64,000 bases of DNA from Candidatus Oxydemutator sp. GTDB lineage: Bacteria > Pseudomonadota > Gammaproteobacteria > Poriferisulfidales > Oxydemutatoraceae. The notes beneath the pieces are model-generated. The model saw only the letters and a program-made list of their open reading frames with translations, did not search any database and was not told where the DNA came from. Position 1 is the stretch's first letter. Every line of letters starts with the position of its first letter. The position numbers and the translations under genes were made by a program. The stretch is taken from positions 352,001-416,000 of the forward strand of contig OZ241883.1 in assembly GCA_965203445.1 (NCBI GenBank), written 5' to 3'. Shown one piece after another: positions 47,089-54,742 of the stretch.

Positions 47089-47652
47089 TCAATTTATCAG
47101 CGTCTCAATGGCAAAGTTTGTGCCTATGAGAGTCTTGATTCTTATATTCCTATAACGCTCCGTCCCTGCCAGCCTCGTTTTGGCCCGGGTCGGTTGTTTG
47201 TCAAGATTTTTGCTGGTTTGCTTGGCTATCAGAACGTATTTTGTTGAGGGTACTTCTCGGTTGTTCCCACATTCAATCTCACAAACCGAGAAAAGATAAT
47301 CCCAGATAGGCAATGAACGCCGGAGTTGCTCTTTTCCCTCTTCTTTTCTGGTCTCATCCAGGGATGTCTTCAGTTCAACCAGTACGACGTGACATTGCGT
47401 TTGCAGCTGATACACAAGGAGATAGTCACAGCGTTTTGCGATTGACTGCTGTCCTTGCTTCAGATAAGCATCCCAGTGCCCTCTTTCTTGTAAGGGAATC
47501 GTTAAAACGGGATCAGTCACGCCTGTAACCGTAACTTCCATATCCGACTGCTCATCCTCCAGTAAAATTTGTCCTCCGCTATTTTCGTTTGCCACGTTTG
47601 TCAAACTGCTATTCAAAATCTTTTCCAGCTCCTCTACCTTCAGAAATTCCAT
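47089..47652 (-). CDS. Hypothetical protein with PD-(D/E)xK-like motif
   Basis: KRCDYLLV...VLVELKT...EQL; starts 3 nt after the ATPase stop. Confidence 0.65.
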   Translation of the reverse strand: MEFLKVEELEKILNSSLTNVANENSGGQILLEDEQSDMEVTVTGVTDPVLTIPLQERGHWDAYLKQGQQSIAKRCDYLLVYQLQTQCHVVLVELKTSLDETRKEEGKEQLRRSLPIWDYLFSVCEIECGNNREVPSTKYVLIAKQTSKNLDKQPTRAKTRLAGTERYRNIRIKTLIGTNFAIETLIN

Positions 47653-47655
47653 CCT

Positions 47656-49065
47656 CTACTCCTCACCCACCTCTTCACTGGTATCTTCCAACCGATAGGT
47701 AAGCTCATTGGACGCCTTGTTGATTGTATCAATAGTCTTGTCAAAAACCGGTATATCAACTCCAAACTTGTCAATGTCGCAAGGGGTCAAGCCGCCATTC
47801 TCAGCCACATAACAACGCAATGATTCGGGTGACAAGCAATCATCCTTACCGTATCTCAGTCTTTTGATAGCCTTTTCTTTCTCTTTGAAGGAGCTGTTCA
47901 ACATAATCAGGTTGTTGATCTCTTTGAGAATATAATCGCTGTGGGTGGTGATCAACACTTTGATTCCCTTACGGACAAAGTGGGCCAGCATACGCGCCAT
48001 CATAATCTGATTCCGAGTATCCAGATGGCTTTCCGGCTCGTCAATAATGAGTAGTTGATCTGACCTTGCCACGTGTCGCAGGTAAAAATAAAGATCCGAT
48101 AAGCCACGCGCCGAGGAAGAAGCGATGTGCAAAGGTATGTCGAAGGGATTCTTTTGGGCTTCGGATACAAAGCGAATGTCATTATCACTGCTTTTATAAC
48201 ACCCGCCCATAAGGTTTTTAATATCATCATGCAGCTTGCTGTCTTCCAGCTCACTTTTCCCCTTAACGATATTGGGTATATCGCGCGTGTAGTTAATATT
48301 ATCCCTGATGGGCAAAGCATAACGGCTCGCAGTTTCGTCTATCAGTGCGAATGGAGAAAAGCGATCACTGTCTTTTTCATCCCCCATTTTTTGCAGCCTT
48401 TCGACCAGAAGGTTTTTGGCAAGATCCAATTCTTTGTAGAACAAGGAGATGCCAAAACGCTCAGCGGAAAGAATGAATGGAAAAGGAAATTCGGCCAGCA
48501 AAAACCGCATATATGAATGTGCGAGAAGAAAGACCACATCGGATTCCTGAAAATTCCCGAGTCTTCTTATAGAAAAAGTTAGAACCTCCTCTTTGTACTC
48601 AGCAAAAACAGACATCTTATTTGAATACCTTACTTCATCCTTGTACGGGCCCTCTGGGAAATCACGGTCAAAATTGACACTGATCTTCGCATCTGCGAAG
48701 TCGCCAGCCGGTAAACTGAATACGTTGGCAATTTCTCTATCGGAAAATTGGCTTGATAATTTTGCAATCAATGCCTGCCGTTCCTTGTTGAGCCTCGCCC
48801 GGTTTACTTTGCACTTATACTGCCCATCCTCCATCAGCTTCCTGCCGACTTGTTCAATATCAATGCCTTTAGCCTCAGGGTTTCCCCCATTCCCTGCGAA
48901 ATATCTTTCAAAATCCGGCCAGCCGACCCATTCCTTTAAAAACCCATAAAGGGTGTACACCAGGTAAGTTTTACCAGTGTTATTGTGACCGGCAATTATT
49001 GTTAAATCCCCGAGCTCCAGCTCGGCTTCAGTTATCGGGCCAATATGCTCGAAACGAAATTTCAT
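47656..49065 (-). CDS. ABC-type AAA_15/AAA_21 ATPase (defence-associated class)
   Basis: GHNNTGKT, IIDEPESHLD, ITTHS; low GC. Confidence 0.88.
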   Translation of the reverse strand: MKFRFEHIGPITEAELELGDLTIIAGHNNTGKTYLVYTLYGFLKEWVGWPDFERYFAGNGGNPEAKGIDIEQVGRKLMEDGQYKCKVNRARLNKERQALIAKLSSQFSDREIANVFSLPAGDFADAKISVNFDRDFPEGPYKDEVRYSNKMSVFAEYKEEVLTFSIRRLGNFQESDVVFLLAHSYMRFLLAEFPFPFILSAERFGISLFYKELDLAKNLLVERLQKMGDEKDSDRFSPFALIDETASRYALPIRDNINYTRDIPNIVKGKSELEDSKLHDDIKNLMGGCYKSSDNDIRFVSEAQKNPFDIPLHIASSSARGLSDLYFYLRHVARSDQLLIIDEPESHLDTRNQIMMARMLAHFVRKGIKVLITTHSDYILKEINNLIMLNSSFKEKEKAIKRLRYGKDDCLSPESLRCYVAENGGLTPCDIDKFGVDIPVFDKTIDTINKASNELTYRLEDTSEEVGEE

Positions 49066-49067
49066 CC

Positions 49068-49140
49068 CTACACCTCCAAAACCCGCAACCTTTCAAGGCC
49101 GCGGTCGTCCACCGTTTTAACGGCCATGTGTTTGTGCTTG
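49068..49140 (-). pseudogene. Decayed copy of the mod 3' end
   Basis: KHKHMAVKTVDDRGLERLRVLEV* vs mod EHKRIAVKIVDDRGVESLRVVNL*; 49/60 nt match 57436-57495. Confidence 0.88.
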
Positions 49141-49180
49141 CGACCTGCCCCCTGAATCAGGGCCACAGCCATTGGAGAGA
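49141..49180. mobile_element. Solo IS3-family terminal inverted repeat
   Basis: gacctgccccctgaatcagggccac matches the IS end at 42758 in 22/25 nt. Confidence 0.75.
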
Positions 49181-49192
49181 ATGCCCATTGTA

Positions 49193-49309
49193 TCAGGCCA
49201 CCCCCCACGAGAAAGTCCTGGTCTCCACTGAACGACGCCAATGCGCACGCGGCTCCTCACAGGAGGAATTGAGGATGAGGTGGGTTATTTGCTCTGTATT
49301 GCCGGACAT
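49193..49309 (-). pseudogene. Decayed copy of the res 5' end (38 codons)
   Basis: MSGNTEQITHLILNSSCEEPRAHWRRSVETRTFS vs res MSGNVEKPSPLILNSPYEEPREHWFHSRETKAFS (21/34 aa). Confidence 0.88.
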
Positions 49310-49394
49310 TCTGTTGGGTTTTCGGGCAAAAAAACATATTCAAAAAATGAAAATATTTATCGGCATATGTGAACGATCTCGTACGATATTCGGG

Positions 49395-52300
49395 TTAGCT
49401 ACGGGCTAGCTTGATAGCTTCCCTGAGCCTCCTCTCGATGCGCCTGCCCCTTCTGAAACCGAGGTCGCACCGCATTTCGGTCATCAACTGGTCCTCAGTC
49501 CGCAGCAGGCGGTCGGAGTTGATCCAGCGGGCGAGGGCCACCAGCTGGTCGGGGCGGTAGTTGGTGATGGCGTTGTAGCCAGCCGTTCCCTTGCAAGGCA
49601 CGCGCGGGCGCGGGCCGCGCGACGGCGCGGATGGCGGTTCGGCCACGGGCGGTGGTCCGGCCACGGGAGACGATTCGGTGGCGGGAGACGGCGCGTCGGC
49701 GTCCGCGACGGCCTTTCGCCATGCCGCCTCGGCCTTGTCCAGCTCAGCCTCGGGGTTGCGGAACCAAGCCGTCGACCAGATGCGGTGGAAGCGCCAACCC
49801 TTGTCTTCCAGCACTTGCTGGCGGAGGCGGTCGCGGTCGCGGGCCGTGGGGGTGGAGTGGTAGCTGGCGCCGTCGGCCTCGATGGCGAGCACCATGCGCC
49901 CGGGCTGGTCGGGATGGGCGCAGGCGAAATCTATGCGGTAGCCAGAGACTCCGTACTGGGCATTGACGGGGATACCGCGCCGCTCCAGCCCGTCCTTGAT
50001 GTCCAGCTCGAAGGGATTAAGCGGCTCGTCCACCACATCCGCGCCGAGGTTCTCGCCGCCGGAGGCCGCGAATTCGAGGTACTTCCGCAATAGCTCCACA
50101 CCCTTCGCGTCCGAACGCCCTGGCTCCATGTCGCGGTGGCTGAAGGAGGAGACAAGCGTGAGGTGGGAACGGGCGCGCGTGACGGCCACGTTCAACCGCC
50201 GCTCGCCACCCTCTCGATTAAGGGGGCCGAAGCTATAGGCCAGCCGCCCGTTCGCGTCCTTGTGATAGCCGACGCTGAGGATGATGGCGTCGCGCTCGTC
50301 GCCCTGCACGCGCTCGATGTTCTTCACGAAGAAGCGCTCCGCTTTCGTATCTGCGAAGAACTCATCCAGCGAAGGATCGTTCAGTTCGCCCAGGCGGTGC
50401 AGCAGGAAGTTCTCAATGTTGTTGGCATGAGGCAAGCCGAAGGCAATGACGCCCAGTGTCTCGCGCGGGCGCTCGCGGGCGTGCGCGATGACCAGATCAA
50501 CAACCTTCTCGATTTCGTCCGGGTGCGAGCGGGTACCGCGAGCACCGGGGAGCGGGCGGAAGGGGACGAGGCAGTGCTCGACGGGCGGATCGGCCAAGCT
50601 GCCGGGGAAGGTGGTCAGCCTGCCGCCGTAGATGTGGTTGTTGGAGAAAGCGATGAGACGAGCGTCGCGGCTGCGGTAGTGCCACTGGAGCATCGTGTCA
50701 CGCAGCAACGGCCCGGCGGCGTCGAGCAGGGACTCGATGTCGGCAGGGAGTGCCAGGGTGTCCTCCTCCTCGTCGCCGTCGTCCGTGGCGCCCCTGAAGA
50801 ACGGCGTGGGCGGCAGCTGGTGGCGGTCGCCCGCGATCACAGCCTGCGGCGCACGCGCGAGGCTGCCGATGGCCTTCGCCGGCCGAATCTGCGAAGCCTC
50901 GTCGAATACGACCACGTCGAACAGGTCGAGATCGGGGGGGATCATCTCGGTGGCGAGCACGGGCGACATCGTCCAACAGGGACGCAATGCGGAGAGCACG
51001 TGCGGGGCCCGCTTGAATAGCCGACGCACGCTCAGGTGGCCGCGCCGCTTGGCTGCCTCCCGCCGGATGATCTGCGTTTGATCGTGGTGTTCGTCCATCG
51101 CCTCCACGGTGGCCTCGGCGACGAGCCGCCGAATGCGCTGTGGCGTCAAAGAGAGATGCTTGCGGTCGATCTCAATGAACTTGTCACGGTGGTGGGAGTG
51201 AGCGGCGGAGTCGAAGGCAGAGAGGCGGCGGTCGGCGAACTCGAGGTCTTCGAGCACGCGCGACAGCCAGGCGTGCTCGACGGCGGCAGCGGCATGCTCC
51301 TGCGGGATGTCCTCGCCCACGCGCTCGAGGACGGTGGCGACCCCCGCCTCGCGGAACCCCGCCTCCAGTTTGCGGAGGCGAGGAAGGCTGGCGACCGCTG
51401 TCCTGCTGGAGTCGGACGCCAGCCTGTCCAACAGGGCGGCAAGGTCGTCAATGGTCCGCTCGTGAAGACCATTGTCCTTGATGATCGCACCCAGGGCGTT
51501 AAGCGCATGGACAAGCCTTTCGACGCGCTCTCGCGCGCCGTCCAGGCCAGCAGGCGTGCGCGGTTCACCGCCGTCCAAGCTCCGCCGCTGCCACTCGTCC
51601 AGTTGGTTCCCGGCGCTCCGGACCATATCGAGAGCATCGGTCGCAGAGAGCGTGGCCGGTTGCCGTGCTGTCTCCCGCAACGACCGCAGCGCCGAGCGGT
51701 ACTCTTTCGAGAAGCACCATGCCCATAGACGACCCGCGAAAGACCTGCCTGCCGGTGCCAATGTCGTGCCAAGCGCCGCATGGTCAAGGCGGTACACATC
51801 CTTGCCACGCGCGAGCATCCGCTCGACGTCCGACAGGAGCGTCAGCGCATCGCGCCACGCGGATACGGTGTCGGTGTCCGGCCGCGCGAGACCAACCTCG
51901 TCGAGTGCGATGAAGAGGGCATCGCGCGCGGTGGTGAGGTACGTGCCTGCCAGTTCGCGGACCAGTTCGAACGTCGCGCGCGCCTCGTCCGAAGTCGTGA
52001 TGGTAGTCCGGGACCATTCGGGGTGATTGGCAGCGAACGTGTGACCGTCGAGGCCAACCCATTCTCGTATCTCGCCTTCGAGCCGCCGGAACCCATCCTC
52101 ATCGAGGCCGCGAGCCGCGCTGGTGGACAGGCGCAGTTGCGTGCGCGCACCCCCGGGGATGGCGAGCAGGCGCTCTTCCACGTCGTAGAGGGACATCCCC
52201 CACGGATCGCGCCGGCAGTGGACAGCGTCGGCGTGGTCAAGCAGCGCATCGCGGTGGTTCCGCAGGTCGCCGTGCAATTCCGAGTAATCATGCGCGGGGA

Positions 52301-53450
52301 CGGTGGCAACGTGTCCGAGGGAGGCGGCGAGCGTGCGCGCGAACTCACGGCGGGAGGTGATGCCGCCGTGCATATCCATCACCAGATCGCCCAGCCCCAC
52401 GGCGTCGAGGCGCTTCGTGACAGCCTCGATAGCGGCGCGCTTCTCGGCTACGAAGAGAACGCGCTTGCCGCGGGCGATGAATGCTGCAATGAGGTTGGCA
52501 ATGGTCTGTGACTTGCCCGTGCCGGGCGGCCCCTGGATGACCAGCGACTCGCCGCCCAGTGCGCGATTGATGGCCATGTGCTGGCTGGAATCGGCATCGA
52601 GCACGAGAAACTCGTCCGCCAGCGGATCGGTATCCGGCTGGTCGGGCGCGGGATTGCAGATGCATCCCTTGAGCACCTCGTGCGCGTCCCGGTCACCCGC
52701 GATGGCGGCGATGAGGTCGTTCGCGGCAAACTGCTCGGCGTTCGCCTCCAGATCGCTCACCAGCGGCATGGTGGCGTAGGAGAACACGGCGGCGACGACG
52801 CGCCGTTCGATGGAGAATCGGGGGAGCGTAGCCCACAACTCTGCCAACTGGTGGAGCAGGGCCCAAAAGTCGTCGAGGTTCGTGGGCGACACCTCGGCCA
52901 CCGCCGCCTCGGAAGCCTCGATATTGATGCCATGCTCGCGCCGCAGGATGTGCGTAAGCACGGGGTTGAGGTGGGCGTCCCCGGAAACCATGATGGTGAA
53001 ATCGTGGCGGGCGGCGCCAGTGGCCTCGGCTTCCAGAGGCAGAAGGATGACGGGCGCGTTGGGGGCTGTCCCGTTATCAACCTCCCACTTCGCCAGTCCG
53101 ATGGCAGCGAAGAGCGTGGCGATGCCCCGCTCCTCGAGGTCTTCGCGGGCCTTGCGGTGGATGGCAGAAAAGCGGCGGCGGGCGTCGTCGAAGGCTCCGT
53201 TGTTGCCCTCGTGCGACGGGAAGAGCATCTTGAGCTTGACCTTGCTGCCCGCCAGCAGCTGGTTCAACTGCCGCGGATCGAGACCGTTGTCGTCGGCGCC
53301 GTTGTCGTCGGGTGGCGTGAGGTCGAGCGTGCTCTTCGGCAAGTCGTGGTAGTTGCGCAGGCGGTTGGGCCCCGTTGTATCCACGAGTTGCTGCTGCCAA
53401 CGCTTGGCAGCGGCGCGAACAACCTCGATTCGGTCGGCAGGTACAGGCAT
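49395..53450 (-). CDS. DUF4011-SF1 helicase-Vsr-like nuclease fusion (Hhe-like architecture)
   Basis: WQQQLVD..NRL N-terminus, QGPPGTGKS, DEASQ, HYRS, QGDERD, NVAVTRAR, AIEADGASYH..RDRLRQ..GWRFHRIWS. Confidence 0.88.
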   Translation of the reverse strand: MPVPADRIEVVRAAAKRWQQQLVDTTGPNRLRNYHDLPKSTLDLTPPDDNGADDNGLDPRQLNQLLAGSKVKLKMLFPSHEGNNGAFDDARRRFSAIHRKAREDLEERGIATLFAAIGLAKWEVDNGTAPNAPVILLPLEAEATGAARHDFTIMVSGDAHLNPVLTHILRREHGINIEASEAAVAEVSPTNLDDFWALLHQLAELWATLPRFSIERRVVAAVFSYATMPLVSDLEANAEQFAANDLIAAIAGDRDAHEVLKGCICNPAPDQPDTDPLADEFLVLDADSSQHMAINRALGGESLVIQGPPGTGKSQTIANLIAAFIARGKRVLFVAEKRAAIEAVTKRLDAVGLGDLVMDMHGGITSRREFARTLAASLGHVATVPAHDYSELHGDLRNHRDALLDHADAVHCRRDPWGMSLYDVEERLLAIPGGARTQLRLSTSAARGLDEDGFRRLEGEIREWVGLDGHTFAANHPEWSRTTITTSDEARATFELVRELAGTYLTTARDALFIALDEVGLARPDTDTVSAWRDALTLLSDVERMLARGKDVYRLDHAALGTTLAPAGRSFAGRLWAWCFSKEYRSALRSLRETARQPATLSATDALDMVRSAGNQLDEWQRRSLDGGEPRTPAGLDGARERVERLVHALNALGAIIKDNGLHERTIDDLAALLDRLASDSSRTAVASLPRLRKLEAGFREAGVATVLERVGEDIPQEHAAAAVEHAWLSRVLEDLEFADRRLSAFDSAAHSHHRDKFIEIDRKHLSLTPQRIRRLVAEATVEAMDEHHDQTQIIRREAAKRRGHLSVRRLFKRAPHVLSALRPCWTMSPVLATEMIPPDLDLFDVVVFDEASQIRPAKAIGSLARAPQAVIAGDRHQLPPTPFFRGATDDGDEEEDTLALPADIESLLDAAGPLLRDTMLQWHYRSRDARLIAFSNNHIYGGRLTTFPGSLADPPVEHCLVPFRPLPGARGTRSHPDEIEKVVDLVIAHARERPRETLGVIAFGLPHANNIENFLLHRLGELNDPSLDEFFADTKAERFFVKNIERVQGDERDAIILSVGYHKDANGRLAYSFGPLNREGGERRLNVAVTRARSHLTLVSSFSHRDMEPGRSDAKGVELLRKYLEFAASGGENLGADVVDEPLNPFELDIKDGLERRGIPVNAQYGVSGYRIDFACAHPDQPGRMVLAIEADGASYHSTPTARDRDRLRQQVLEDKGWRFHRIWSTAWFRNPEAELDKAEAAWRKAVADADAPSPATESSPVAGPPPVAEPPSAPSRGPRPRVPCKGTAGYNAITNYRPDQLVALARWINSDRLLRTEDQLMTEMRCDLGFRRGRRIERRLREAIKLARS

Positions 53451-53536
53451 GATTATTACTGTCCACTAACTCCTTTTTCGATGCCACGCAATTTTAACAA
53501 AGCCCTCAAACTGCCTCAGAAAACAGGACTACTTCA

Positions 53537-54742
53537 CTACTTTTTCCACAATGTCACTTTGAACGCATTTTCAGTTTCTTCAAAATCCGGTTCCCTGTCA
53601 TTTTGCTCAAGCATTAACGGAATTACCTTGCGGCGTATGCCCATGCCCCGTTCTTCCAGGTAGCCGTACTCCCTGAAAATCCTCGTGCACTTCGGATTGC
53701 GTAATACTTGCTCGCCGCTTTTGATGTTTTCTACGGTCACCCCATTAGGCAGCCCGCCGGGACTGATAATCTCCAGGCGGTTGCTATAGGCAGCTATGCG
53801 TACATAGTTACTTTTTGTCCAGTCCCTGTGTATGAGGGCATTGACAATCAACTCCCTGACGGCCTCATATGGATAGTCCCAGGTTCGCCTGCGTGTCGTT
53901 TCCTGCAACTCCTCCTTGCTGATGTGTGGCCTGATAAGTGCTATCAGCCTGTCGTGCAGGGCGGGTTCAATGGCTTTGTTGCCTGAACTCTCGCCGCGAA
54001 ATTCCAGAAAAGGCGCATCCAGAATTTCATCGAGGACACTGTCGTAATCCTTATCTTCGCCCGGATACACCGTAAGGCGCACAACCGCCTGTGGCAGTCT
54101 CAATCCGGGTTGTCTGGCAAACAGTACATACGCGAAATAACTGCATGTATATGGCTCGTCCTCACCCACCAGGAAATTCCGGCTGATCAGCATTTGCCGC
54201 CAATCCGATATGGAAGAATCATCCAGGACTCTTTCAAAGTACTCGACGTAGCGGCGCCTATCCAAATCTTCCATAGAGGAACCGTGCACGGGGAAATTAT
54301 CTGTGGCCAGCAACCCCCCGGAGGCGAACAAGCGGGCCTGTTGTTCACGCCCGGCCAACCGGCAGGTGTTCCCGTAACGCACGTAAACGTCTTCACGATC
54401 ATGATGTTTGAGCACATGAGGCTTGCTGTTGCCTTGAGGGATTTGCACGACGGCGACGGATTTTCCCTCGATATCGAATATTTCGTAACCCGGCTCTATA
54501 TGCGGGTGGACGTGCCTGCCAATGACCGTATCCATCAACCATTCCTGAAGATTGCCTCGCTGGGTACCGCTGACGTGGCCATCATCCTCGACGCCTATCA
54601 GAATAGTGCCGCCGTTCATGTTGGCGAAGGCAACGATTTCTTTGGCAAATGTCTCGGCGCGCTCATTGTCACGCTTAAACTCCAATTTCGCACCCCCGCC
54701 CTGTGCAATCATTGCCAATACATCACTTTTCAGCATTATCAA
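53537..54742 (-). CDS. Schlafen/AlbA_2 domain plus HATPase_c_4 (RecG-C-like) protein
   Basis: LEFKR, IVAFANMNGGTILIGVEDDG, RELIVNALIHRDW, ISPGGLP, RNP, GMGI; start TTG 54742 or ATG 54736. Confidence 0.88.
   Translation of the reverse strand: MIMLKSDVLAMIAQGGGAKLEFKRDNERAETFAKEIVAFANMNGGTILIGVEDDGHVSGTQRGNLQEWLMDTVIGRHVHPHIEPGYEIFDIEGKSVAVVQIPQGNSKPHVLKHHDREDVYVRYGNTCRLAGREQQARLFASGGLLATDNFPVHGSSMEDLDRRRYVEYFERVLDDSSISDWRQMLISRNFLVGEDEPYTCSYFAYVLFARQPGLRLPQAVVRLTVYPGEDKDYDSVLDEILDAPFLEFRGESSGNKAIEPALHDRLIALIRPHISKEELQETTRRRTWDYPYEAVRELIVNALIHRDWTKSNYVRIAAYSNRLEIISPGGLPNGVTVENIKSGEQVLRNPKCTRIFREYGYLEERGMGIRRKVIPLMLEQNDREPDFEETENAFKVTLWKK

Noticed and set aside
53476-53498. Possible third mod-3' remnant (VKI-V..RGIE on the minus strand) before the helicase
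   Set aside because: Only ~23 nt and it needs an 8-nt deletion. It is equally explained as an extended -10 (TGTTAAAAT) plus AAGGAG, or another IS end. Left unresolved.
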